Source: Gemmatimonadales bacterium (GTDB taxonomy: Bacteria > Gemmatimonadota > Gemmatimonadetes > Gemmatimonadales > GWC2-71-9). From it: DNA of 64,000 nt. The stretch covers positions 16,962 through 80,961 of the forward strand of contig DATMDQ010000121.1 in NCBI GenBank assembly GCA_035557715.1. The letters are read 5' to 3'. Of the stretch, positions 28,991 to 37,370 are shown in pieces. The notes beneath the pieces were generated by a model. That model searched no databases, was not told the origin of the DNA, and was given only the letters and a program-made list of their open reading frames with translations. Position 1 is the first letter of the stretch. Each line of letters begins with the position of its first letter. A program made the translations under genes and the position numbers.

Positions 28991-29413
28991 ATGCGACGTT
29001 CAGACTTGCTGGTCTTCGGCACCCTCTCGATTGCCACCGCGTGTACCGGCCTGGTGGCCGGGCCCGAGTCCACCGCAACTGCTCCCGTGACCGTGTCGCG
29101 GGACTCGGCATACGTCCGGGCGCGCCGCGCGGTCCAGGCGGAGTCCTTTACCGTCGACAAGGTTGATTCGACCGCCGGACTCATCACCGGTACCCGGTAC
29201 GCAAGCTCGAATGCCCGGATCGGCAGCTCGGGAGCGTGCCGGGTTAGGCTGGCGCTTCAGGTCCAGGGCAACAGCCAAGGAGCCCAGGTTGCGACCACGA
29301 GTAGCTGGGTCGCACCGGAGCCAATGGAGGAGCAGGCGGCGACGGTGTGTGAGAAGGAGCGCGGTGAGGTACTAAGCCGTGTCAATCAGACGATCGAACC
29401 GCCCGCCCAATAG
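28991..29413 (+). CDS. Hypothetical lipoprotein
   Basis: MRRSDLLVFGTLSIATAC lipobox. Confidence 0.45.
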   Translation: MRRSDLLVFGTLSIATACTGLVAGPESTATAPVTVSRDSAYVRARRAVQAESFTVDKVDSTAGLITGTRYASSNARIGSSGACRVRLALQVQGNSQGAQVATTSSWVAPEPMEEQAATVCEKERGEVLSRVNQTIEPPAQ

Positions 29414-29494
29414 CCCTTGCTGGCGAGCCGCGGGGTGGTAATGCTAGCTTAGCACTCTCGGAGCTAGCCACTTACCCTTTTCCCCCCCGACACC

Positions 29495-30232
29495 ATGGAT
29501 TGGCTCAGCAGCCCGGAAGCGTGGATTGCCCTTCTCACGCTGACCGTCCTCGAGATCGTTCTCGGCATCGACAATGTGGTGTTCATCTCCATCCTGGCCG
29601 GCAAGTTGCCCCCGGATCAGCAGGCCAAGGCCCGGCGGCTCGGCCTTGGCTTGGCGATGTTCATGCGGATTGCACTGCTCTTCTCCATCACGCTGATTAT
29701 CAAGCTCACAGCCCCACTGTTCACCGTTCTCGGCGAAGAGATCTCCGGCCGAGACCTGGTACTCATCGTGGGTGGCTTGTTCCTGCTCACCAAGAGTACC
29801 CGGGAGATCCACGAGCGGCTCGAGGGGGAGGAGGGCGAGACATCGGTGAAGGCGCGGCCCTCCCTGCTAAGTACGCTGATCCAGATCATGCTTCTGGACA
29901 TCGTGTTCTCGCTCGATTCCGTGATCACCGCCGTGGGGATGGCCGAAGACCTGGGCGTAATGGTTGTCGCCGTGATCATCGCGGTCGGCTTCATGATGGT
30001 CTTTGCCACCCCGGTGAGCGACTTCGTCGACCGCCACCCAACGGTCAAGATGCTGGCCCTCAGCTTCCTCCTGCTCATTGGGGTGGCTCTGATCGCGGAC
30101 GGTCTCAACCAGCACATTCCGAAGGGCTACATCTACTTTGCCATGGCCTTCTCGGTGGGGGTGGAGATTCTGAATCTGCGAATGAAGAAGGTCGATAGTA
30201 AGGTAGTGAAGCTCCGCCACCCGGCTCCGTAA
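29495..30232 (+). CDS. TerC family integral membrane protein
   Basis: LTVLEIVLGIDNVVFISI and LLDIVFSLDSVITAVG paired motifs. Confidence 0.85.
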   Translation: MDWLSSPEAWIALLTLTVLEIVLGIDNVVFISILAGKLPPDQQAKARRLGLGLAMFMRIALLFSITLIIKLTAPLFTVLGEEISGRDLVLIVGGLFLLTKSTREIHERLEGEEGETSVKARPSLLSTLIQIMLLDIVFSLDSVITAVGMAEDLGVMVVAVIIAVGFMMVFATPVSDFVDRHPTVKMLALSFLLLIGVALIADGLNQHIPKGYIYFAMAFSVGVEILNLRMKKVDSKVVKLRHPAP

Positions 30233-30257
30233 GGGCGACGCACGCGTCGCCCCTACG
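30232..30257 (+). repeat. Hairpin repeat family H1, copy 1 (GGGCGACG-CACG-CGTCGCCC-CTACG), terminator-like
   Basis: Starts at the TerC stop. Identical over 26 nt to the reverse complement of 50227-50252. Confidence 0.85.
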
Positions 30258-30275
30258 GACCGTTACCTTTCACCG

Positions 30276-31355
30276 ATGCCTGTATTTCGCTTGCGCCTCT
30301 TCGCGAGCCTCTCCGCCGCGCTGCTTTTGGGCTGCCAGGAATCGAAACCGGCCGCCCCGGTGGTCGAGATCCCTGCCTCGGGGGATACGGTCACAACCCG
30401 GGATTCGGACGTGACCGGAGCGGCGTGGCTCGAGGGAGACCGCTGGGCGATTCTGGCTGCGCCCAACGAGACTGCGGGCATCGTGGACTTCTCTGACCGG
30501 AAGATCAGCCCACTCGGTAGCGGTCGGACCAAGGCCCTGAGCAACCCCTCGACCCTCTTCGTCTCGCAGGACAGTCTGTATATCGGAGACTGGGGAAAGG
30601 CCCGCACCACGGTTTGGACCCCAGCGGGCCGGCTGATCCGTTCCATTCCAACCTCGAATGCCGCCCGCGGCGCATTACCCCGCGCCCGGGACTCCAAGGG
30701 AAACTTCTATCTGGACCAGGCTCCTCTTGCCGGCCCGGACGGCAGCGGGAACCGGGACTCGGGTGCGGTTCTGCTGCTGAAGCCCGGGCTCACTCGGGCA
30801 GATACCATCGCGAGACTTGCCCCGCTCGACATAGCCGAGGTGGTTGGTGATGCCGGCCGGCGCTTCGAACGCCGGGTGTTCGGGGGCTTGGACCGCTGGG
30901 GGGCGTTGCCGGATGGCTCGGTCTGGGTGGCCCGGGTCTACGACAACCGGGTCGACTGGCGGGCGCCAGATGGGAAGTGGACTCGTGGGCAAGCGTTGCC
31001 GGATCGGGTGCTCGAAGTCACCCGCTACGACCGGGAGCTGTTTCTACAGAAGTTTCCTCCCGAGCTGAGAGGCACAGCACAGCAGCTTCCATTCGCGCCA
31101 ATCAAGCCACCCTTCGAGGCCGCGCTCACCAGTGCTGATGGCCAGGTCTGGCTGGAAAAGAGCGGTGCCCCGGCGGATTCCTTCCGCGTCTATCACGTGG
31201 TCGATGGGCGCGGCCGGCTGGCGCAGGAAGTTCGACTCCGGAGCAAGGGGCGGGTACTTGCGGTGGGACCGCGGTCCGTCCTGGTTGCAGAATCCACCCC
31301 AGATGGGACCCGGCTCCAGCGCGTGGATCTGACGCTCCCTGCCCGCAATCCGTAG
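30276..31355 (+). CDS. Hypothetical lipoprotein, paralog A
   Basis: Lipobox LLLGC. Shares VWVARVYDNRVDWRAPDGKWTRG and KPPFEAAL...VWLEK blocks with the next gene. Confidence 0.55.
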   Translation: MPVFRLRLFASLSAALLLGCQESKPAAPVVEIPASGDTVTTRDSDVTGAAWLEGDRWAILAAPNETAGIVDFSDRKISPLGSGRTKALSNPSTLFVSQDSLYIGDWGKARTTVWTPAGRLIRSIPTSNAARGALPRARDSKGNFYLDQAPLAGPDGSGNRDSGAVLLLKPGLTRADTIARLAPLDIAEVVGDAGRRFERRVFGGLDRWGALPDGSVWVARVYDNRVDWRAPDGKWTRGQALPDRVLEVTRYDRELFLQKFPPELRGTAQQLPFAPIKPPFEAALTSADGQVWLEKSGAPADSFRVYHVVDGRGRLAQEVRLRSKGRVLAVGPRSVLVAESTPDGTRLQRVDLTLPARNP

Positions 31356-31398
31356 TTTCTCACTCCGCTCTTACCAGTTCGTCTGGAGGATGTTCCGA

Positions 31399-32505
31399 AT
31401 GAGGCTCGACTATTTCAGCTGCGCGATCGTCATGGCCCTCACCCTGGCCTGCTCGTCAGCCGAAAGCCAAAGTGGCCTGACCTTGGAGGCCAAGCTGCCC
31501 TCGTCCTTTGGCCTGCTGAGCAACGTCGTGGAGCTGAGCGATGGTCGGGTGATGTTCACGGACACCAAGAGCAAGCTTTTCTTCAGCGCCGATCTGAAAT
31601 CGGGCAAGGTGGACACGCTTGGGAAGCGGGTCGACTCTCTTCCCCAAGGCGCGCCCGCAGGGAACTACCGCTTCCCCGGCTGGGTCGCCCACCTCGCGGC
31701 CGATACCGTCGCCCTCGTGGATTTCAGCGCCATTCGGACCACCCGATGGAGCGAGCGAGGAAAGGCGCTGGACGTGCTGCCGATCAGGATCGTTTCGGGG
31801 GAGACACCGGTCCTGTTATACGACACGGTCGGTCACGGCTACAAGATCGACTACCAAGCCATTCTGGGTGGCGGCGAGCCGGGCCGCTCACTCCGGCCGG
31901 ACAGCGTTCCCGTTCTTCGGATCGCACTCAAGAGTGGTAAGGTGGACACGATCGCTCATCTGTCCACACCCGAATACGGCGACGCCAAGTTCGGGGAGCA
32001 GATCCAGCAGGCCGCCAAGGTGTTTGCTCCCAATGATCACTTCGGAGTCCTGCCGGACGGGGAGGCCTGGGTGGCACGGGGCCGGGAGAATAGGGTGGAT
32101 TGGCGAAGCCCGGACGGCAAGTGGACGACCGGAAAGGCGCGCGATTATACCAAGACCCCCGTCACCCAGGCAGACAAGGACCGAGTGCTCGCCCAGGTAA
32201 GGGAGCAAGGCAAGCAGTTCGGGATGCCTCAGGATTTGTCCATCACGTACCCCTTCGCCGAGACCAAGCCCCCATTCGACTTCGCGCTGGGGCGCGAGAT
32301 CGGAGAGGTTTGGCTGCAGCGCCCACGGGCGCAGGAAGACGCGCCCATGGTGTACGACGTGGTCAATCGGCAGGGAGTCTGGCAGCGCAGCGTCGCCCTT
32401 CCGAAAGGCGCGTCACTCTCGGGCTTCGGGGCCAAGGGAGCGGTCTACGCGGCGATCAAGGGTGCGGATGGTACGCGGACGGTAGGGAAGTTCAGACTAC
32501 AGTGA
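31399..32505 (+). CDS. Hypothetical lipoprotein, paralog B
   Basis: Lipobox LTLACSS, AWVARGRENRVDWRSPDGKWTTGK, KPPFDFAL...VWLQR. The ORF opens at ATG 31390; ATG 31399 is better spaced from GGAGG. Confidence 0.55.
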   Translation: MRLDYFSCAIVMALTLACSSAESQSGLTLEAKLPSSFGLLSNVVELSDGRVMFTDTKSKLFFSADLKSGKVDTLGKRVDSLPQGAPAGNYRFPGWVAHLAADTVALVDFSAIRTTRWSERGKALDVLPIRIVSGETPVLLYDTVGHGYKIDYQAILGGGEPGRSLRPDSVPVLRIALKSGKVDTIAHLSTPEYGDAKFGEQIQQAAKVFAPNDHFGVLPDGEAWVARGRENRVDWRSPDGKWTTGKARDYTKTPVTQADKDRVLAQVREQGKQFGMPQDLSITYPFAETKPPFDFALGREIGEVWLQRPRAQEDAPMVYDVVNRQGVWQRSVALPKGASLSGFGAKGAVYAAIKGADGTRTVGKFRLQ

Positions 32506-32550
32506 GAGGTGAGAGGTGAGAAGTGAGAGGTGAGAGGTGAGCGGTAAGAG
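32502..32550. repeat. Left arm: seven tandem heptamers GTGAGAG (variants GTGAGAA, GTGAGCG, GTAAGAG)
   Basis: Read directly from the sequence. Overlaps the TGA stop of 31399-32505. Confidence 0.95.
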
Positions 32551-33021
32551 GGGCAGTCAGTTTACAGTCAGTTTACCCGGACATGGTTGATGAGACCTCG
32601 GAGCAGTCGTTGACACCGGCGGCAGCGCTCCAAGGTCGAACCGGCTAGCTCCGCCGAAAGCAGCTGAAGTTCGCCAGTGAGCTCCAGTAACTCCGCGGTT
32701 TCCACCGCTGACCCATACGCAATATCCAAGTGATTGCGGAAACGCTTGGACGTTTTTTAGTGCATACCCCTCAGCTATGTTGAGTTGCACCGATAAGGCT
32801 GCTCGTTGGAGCTGCTCGAATATCGGGTTCGCATAGGAGTACTTCACAAGCCGTATTGCAGGTATCAACACCAGCACTACTGCATGGGCCTCTTGCCATG
32901 CCAACAGACTCTTATGATCACGCATGCCACAAGTTGAGAGGCTGAGTGCAAACTCGTGTGCCCAAACATCCCAACAGAAGCCCTAATTACGCCTAGATTG
33001 CCCTCCCATCCTTTTTGCTGA
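32551..33021. other. Lower-GC insert between the two heptamer arms, carrying the four-helix-bundle gene
   Basis: Hand counts of three 60-nt lines inside the insert give 29-32 G+C of 60, versus 42 of 60 in the adjacent line 33061-33120. Also contains an 11-nt tandem duplication agtcagtttac x2 at 32556-32577. Confidence 0.6.
32568..32925 (-). pseudogene. Four-helix-bundle protein (23S rRNA intervening-sequence protein family), frameshifted
   Basis: The N-part reads LLAWQEAHAV...QLQRAALSVQLNIAEGYALKN. After the T6/A6 run at 32753-32758 the conserved continuation SKRFRNHLDIAYGSAVETAELLELTGEL... lies in the +1 frame and ends at 32568. Confidence 0.75.
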
Positions 33022-33046
33022 TCACCTCTCACCTCTCACCTCTCAC
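33022..33046. repeat. Right arm: about 3.5 tandem CTCTCAC heptamers (reverse complement of GTGAGAG)
   Basis: Read directly from the sequence. Abuts the stop (33047-33049) of the convergent gene. Confidence 0.95.
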
Positions 33047-33769
33047 CTAGTCCAGGATGGGCGGCTCCTTGTCCGTAGGAACGTTGCGGCCCCGATCCGA
33101 GGTGCGGCGGTCCTCACGCTGGCCCTGCTCGTACCACCGGCGGGTGATCTCTCCCGCCAGCTCCCGATTCCCCAGGCCGAAAGCGAGTCCCACGGCTAGC
33201 GCGGCCGCACCGAGTATCAGCGTGAACGCCGCAGTGACGATCTCCTCCGCCACACCCACCTGCTCCAGCGCCATGAACAACGAGATGAGAATCACCGCGC
33301 CCTTCGCCAGCTTGGCCACCGTCGGCACGCCGGAGACGGCGCCGGCCGAAGCCAGGATGAGGCCGCGAACGAACTCACCCAGGATGATCCCCAGGATCAG
33401 GATGACAATGCCCGCGATGAGCGTGGGGATGAACGCGAGCATGACCCCAAACATCTCGTTGATGCTTTCCAGACCGAGTGCCGTGCTGGCAAGCAGAATC
33501 ACGATGAGCATCACCAGCCAGAAAAGCAGCTTGGTCAGGGCTCGCACCGGGTCCAGGCGGGAGCCGGTGCGGACGACGGCCTCGTCCAGGCCTCCGGCGC
33601 TGGCCATCCGGTTGAAGTCCAGCCGTTTCAGGGTGTCATCAGCCCAGCGCTGAATCTGTCGGGCGAGGAAGTAGCCGGTCAGCAGGATGACGGCTGCGCC
33701 GACGAGGGCGGGGAGAACACTGCCGATCTGTGCGGCACCGATGGAGATTCGTTCCCAGAGCTGGTTCAC
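33047..33769 (-). CDS. Membrane protein with repeated conserved-TM-helix motifs (mechanosensitive-channel-associated type)
   Basis: 240 aa with 4-5 hydrophobic helices with similar G/A/I/L-rich repeats and a charged C-tail. Confidence 0.5.
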   Translation of the reverse strand: MNQLWERISIGAAQIGSVLPALVGAAVILLTGYFLARQIQRWADDTLKRLDFNRMASAGGLDEAVVRTGSRLDPVRALTKLLFWLVMLIVILLASTALGLESINEMFGVMLAFIPTLIAGIVILILGIILGEFVRGLILASAGAVSGVPTVAKLAKGAVILISLFMALEQVGVAEEIVTAAFTLILGAAALAVGLAFGLGNRELAGEITRRWYEQGQREDRRTSDRGRNVPTDKEPPILD

Positions 33770-34812
33770 TGTGCCACCTCGATGACGAGTTTGCCGAACT
33801 GCTCACCACGCTGCAGCCGCTCAAAGGCGGCGATACTCGCCGCAAGCGGCACCACCCGGTCCACCACGGGCCAGAGCCGGCCCTCTTGTGCATGACGCAC
33901 GATCTCGGCGTACTCCTGACGGTTGCCGAGGGTCGATCCCAGAATGCTCCACTGATGCCAGAAGAGGCGGCGGAGATCGAGGGAGACCATGGGGCCGGTC
34001 GTGGCTCCGCAGACCACCAGGCGGCCGCCCCGTCGCACGGCGCGAAGGGAGCCGTTCCAGGTCTCCTCGCCGACACTGTCCACCACGACGTCGGCTCCCC
34101 GGCCTCCGGTATGCCGCTTGACCTCGGCAACCACGTCGGCGTTCCGGTGATTGAAGCTGACGTCGGCCCCCAGGCCGCGCGCTGTATCGAGCTTGGCCTC
34201 CGAGCCGCTGGTGACGATGGTGCGTGCCCCGATCAGCTTGGCTATCTGCAGCGCCGCTAACGCCACGCCCCCGCCAATCCCCCAGATCAGGACGCTTTCC
34301 CCCACCTCGAGCCGCGCCCGAGTCACGAGCATTCGCCACGCCGTGAGGGTTGCCAATGAAAAAGCGGCGGCCTGAGGCCAGGGCATGGCAGTGGGTACCG
34401 GCACCAGATTCTGGGCCGGCACGACGACAAACTCGGCCACGGTCCCGGCACAATGCTCGCCCAGCACCCGGAGCCTGGCGCAGAGCGAGTGTTCCCCCTC
34501 TCTGCACGCCGGACAGTCTCCGCAGGACAGGGTTGGATTGATCATGACCCGGTCACCGGTACGGAACTGCCGGACTGCCTCTCCGGCCTGCTCAACCACG
34601 CCCGCACCATCCGAGCCAACCACATGGGGAAACTGGAGAGCTGACCCGGGCAAGCCGGCCGCTATGAATAGATCGAGCCGGTTGAGCGCAGCGGTGCGCA
34701 TCCGGACGAGTACCTGGTCAGGAGACGTTATGGAGGGTTGAGGCAACTCTTGTACCTTGAGCTGCTCCGGCCCACCGTGGGCAACCAGAGTGAGGGCCTT
34801 CATCCGACTCAA
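33766..34812 (-). CDS. Zinc-binding medium-chain dehydrogenase/reductase
   Basis: GSDGAGVVEQAGE, structural-Zn loop CGDCPACREGEHSLC, Rossmann loop IWGIGGGVALAALQ. 4-nt overlap with the downstream gene. Confidence 0.85.
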   Translation of the reverse strand: MSRMKALTLVAHGGPEQLKVQELPQPSITSPDQVLVRMRTAALNRLDLFIAAGLPGSALQFPHVVGSDGAGVVEQAGEAVRQFRTGDRVMINPTLSCGDCPACREGEHSLCARLRVLGEHCAGTVAEFVVVPAQNLVPVPTAMPWPQAAAFSLATLTAWRMLVTRARLEVGESVLIWGIGGGVALAALQIAKLIGARTIVTSGSEAKLDTARGLGADVSFNHRNADVVAEVKRHTGGRGADVVVDSVGEETWNGSLRAVRRGGRLVVCGATTGPMVSLDLRRLFWHQWSILGSTLGNRQEYAEIVRHAQEGRLWPVVDRVVPLAASIAAFERLQRGEQFGKLVIEVAQ

Positions 34813-34816
34813 CCGG

Positions 34817-37078
34817 TCAGAACGATGGGTTCAGGATCTGCTCGCCCGCTGTAAGCGGCACGGAGACCGACGTGCTACCCGGGGCCGTGGATTGCAAGAA
34901 GAAGCCGAATTCGACACGACCCTTGGCGGCGTCCGTGATCTTGCCGACCACATATGCCAGTCGGTCGCCCTCGCGGGAGATGGCGATGGCTTGAACCGGC
35001 TCCTCGGTCTGAAGCAGGAGGCTGGCGCTGGACGCTCCCCAGGGGAGACGCATGACCCGCGACCCTTTCGAGCGTCCGCCCCGCTCGACCACGTAAGCCA
35101 GGTCGCCGTTGCGAAAGAACCGTGGACTGGATTCCCGTTCGGATGTCCTGGTGAGCCGGCGCTGGTTGCTGCCATCCAGATTCATCGCATAGATCTCCTG
35201 ATTACCATCCCGGGAAGAGACAAACGCGATGCTCCGACCATCGGATGAGACCGTGGGCGAGTGATTCGCTGCGGGGGTCGTGGTGAGAATCCGGCCCTCG
35301 CCGCCATCTGCCGGCATGATGGCGATCTGGCTGGCGCTGCCGCGGGTTGTGGTATAGACGACCTGGGTGCCATCTGGGGTCCAAACCGGGTCGCCCTCAT
35401 TCCTCGGGTCGGTGGTGAGCCGGCGCAGGTGCTGCCCATCGGCGTCCATCATGTAGATGTCGAAGTTCCCGCCCCGATTGGAGCTGAAAGCGATCCGGGT
35501 ACGATCGGGAGATAGCGAGGCCTGGATGTCGCTCTTTGAGGTTTGGCCGGACGCGCTGTCGGTCAGCAGTGGCATCAACGTCAATGGACCGGTGACTCGC
35601 ATCTGATAGACAGCAAAGCTTCCACCACGGTTGGAGCTGAGCAACAAATCGCCGACCACTAATACATCGGCCTTTGCGCTCTTGCCCCAGGACCCCGCGG
35701 CGGTGATTACGGCCCGTCCCGGACTCACCGCATCGATCACACCGCCATCCCGGGATACTGCGACCTCAGGCTTGTCGGAGCTCCAGCGAACTCCGGTCGC
35801 GCGGCCGGCTGCTGCTCCTTGCTCGTCCTTCAGCACGGCGTTCAGGGTCGTGCGCCGGCCGGCCGCCAACCCGACCCGGGCCGGCTGGAGCTCGATATCC
35901 CCCGAGATGACCTGCACCGTCCACACCGCGGGCTGAATGCCGGCCAGAGTCGCGGTCAGCGTAGTGGTACCGAGCGCCTTGGGCGTGAGCACACCGGATG
36001 CTCGGTCGAACGATGCCACCGAGGTGTCGCTCAGCTGCCAGTTGATGTGTGCCTCAGGGATGGAGGTGGAGTCGGCCGCCTCAGCGACCGCGGTGAACCG
36101 CCGAGTTGCCCGTAGCGGGAGCTGGACCGGGCCGGCGCTGTGCTGAGGCGACACCACTAAAGCGTCGGGCTGCGGGTGCACGAACACCTGGGCACGCCTC
36201 TCCTGGGAGAAGCCTGTCGCGATGATCTCGGCCTTCCCAGTTGCCCGGCCGCGGATGATGCCGGATGAGCCCACCGAGACGACAGCCGAATCGGACGAGC
36301 GCCAGCGCACCAGGCCACGGATCTCGCGGTTCCCCTGGGCGGGCACAATGACCCGGACGGTGTCTGACTCGCCCGGACCCAGGACGAGGCGGGTTTGAGA
36401 CAGAGCAAAGTCGGGCTGGGATACTTCGACCGGCAGCGTGGCCATCAGCCGGCTGGTGGTGGAAACTTGAACTACGGTACGACCCGGCCCGAGACCAGTC
36501 ACGTAGCCCGCGGTGTCCACCGAGGCGATTTCGGGCTTAAGCGACCTCCAGGTCACCCGCCCCACCGCGATCGGGTTGCCATCTTCCTTAACGGCGAGGG
36601 GAGTGATCCGGACGTTCTCTCCCGGAAACAGCGTGACCGATGCCGGTTCGAGGCTCAGCAACGAGGCCGACGCCGAGCGCGCACCCGAGGTGTCCCCCGG
36701 CGCCACACCGGTGATGAGAACCGCCATCGAGGCACGCTTGCCCTGGGTCCGAGCCTCGATCTTGGCCAGCCCCGGTGTGATTCCGAGGACCGTTCCATCC
36801 TTCCTGACCCGGGCAATCATCGTGTCCGAGCTCCAGAAAGTGAACTTGGCGGCGGCGAGTAGGTTGCCCCGGCCATCGAAGGCGGCGGCGAAGAGGGCCT
36901 GCTTCTGGCCCACGCCCAGCGTCATGGTTTCCGGCGTCACCTGGATCTCAGAGACCGCCTGCGTCTGGGCCGAGACGACGGGCGCAAACCCGGCAAGCGC
37001 AAAGCCTCCCAGCAGAGATGGCAGCAGCCAAAATGGGCGGGCGGGCACGCGGACCCGGTCGCTAGGGGCGGATTTCAC
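34817..37078 (-). CDS. Secreted protein: multiple Big_2 Ig-like domains plus a TolB-like PD40 beta-propeller
   Basis: Repeated ...SSD..VA.V...G.V.G...G.A.I motifs. C-terminal PD40 repeats (SPDRTRIAFSSNRGGNFDIYMMDADG, SSDGRSIAFVSSRDGNQEIYAMNLDG). Confidence 0.7.
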   Translation of the reverse strand: MKSAPSDRVRVPARPFWLLPSLLGGFALAGFAPVVSAQTQAVSEIQVTPETMTLGVGQKQALFAAAFDGRGNLLAAAKFTFWSSDTMIARVRKDGTVLGITPGLAKIEARTQGKRASMAVLITGVAPGDTSGARSASASLLSLEPASVTLFPGENVRITPLAVKEDGNPIAVGRVTWRSLKPEIASVDTAGYVTGLGPGRTVVQVSTTSRLMATLPVEVSQPDFALSQTRLVLGPGESDTVRVIVPAQGNREIRGLVRWRSSDSAVVSVGSSGIIRGRATGKAEIIATGFSQERRAQVFVHPQPDALVVSPQHSAGPVQLPLRATRRFTAVAEAADSTSIPEAHINWQLSDTSVASFDRASGVLTPKALGTTTLTATLAGIQPAVWTVQVISGDIELQPARVGLAAGRRTTLNAVLKDEQGAAAGRATGVRWSSDKPEVAVSRDGGVIDAVSPGRAVITAAGSWGKSAKADVLVVGDLLLSSNRGGSFAVYQMRVTGPLTLMPLLTDSASGQTSKSDIQASLSPDRTRIAFSSNRGGNFDIYMMDADGQHLRRLTTDPRNEGDPVWTPDGTQVVYTTTRGSASQIAIMPADGGEGRILTTTPAANHSPTVSSDGRSIAFVSSRDGNQEIYAMNLDGSNQRRLTRTSERESSPRFFRNGDLAYVVERGGRSKGSRVMRLPWGASSASLLLQTEEPVQAIAISREGDRLAYVVGKITDAAKGRVEFGFFLQSTAPGSTSVSVPLTAGEQILNPSF

Positions 37079-37259
37079 CGGACAGTCGGTTCCAGGAAGA
37101 GAGAATGGGCGTAATTATAGCGTAGAGATAGGCTTGCCGCATCGCGCCGAGCTCCGTACGTCGATCATGTAGGAAGCGGGAGACCGTCGTCTAAGGGAAT
37201 AAGACGGAAGGACTTCCCAGCCCAGGCTCGATCTCGGTTCGGGCCCGGCCGGTCGATGC

Positions 37260-37292
37260 CTTGCACAAGTGTCGAGGATGTGCAAGTTATAT
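37260..37292 (+). promoter_or_regulatory. Inverted repeat CTTGCACA-N11-TGTGCAAG followed by TTATAT; candidate operator/promoter
   Basis: Read directly from the sequence, about 80 nt upstream of ATG 37371. Confidence 0.3.
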
Positions 37293-37370
37293 GTCTGTTT
37301 CAGAGGAGGCGCGGCCGCGCCTCAAGACCGTCGGCGGGTGGCGCCGCACATGCGTTCGGAGGAAGCAAAG

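Noticed and set aside
29414-29494. Possible yybP-ykoY (Mn) riboswitch upstream of the TerC-family gene.
   Set aside because: The gap is only 81 nt and contains a simple 7-bp hairpin (gctagct...agctagc). I see none of the conserved four-way-junction sequence blocks. A covariance-model scan would settle it.
32502-33046. Considered whether the heptamer and 9-mer arrays (also 43591-43705, 53936-54030, 57636-57733) are CRISPR arrays.
   Set aside because: The units are 7-9 nt and directly abutting, with no unique spacers. The arrays come as inverted pairs and no cas genes are present.
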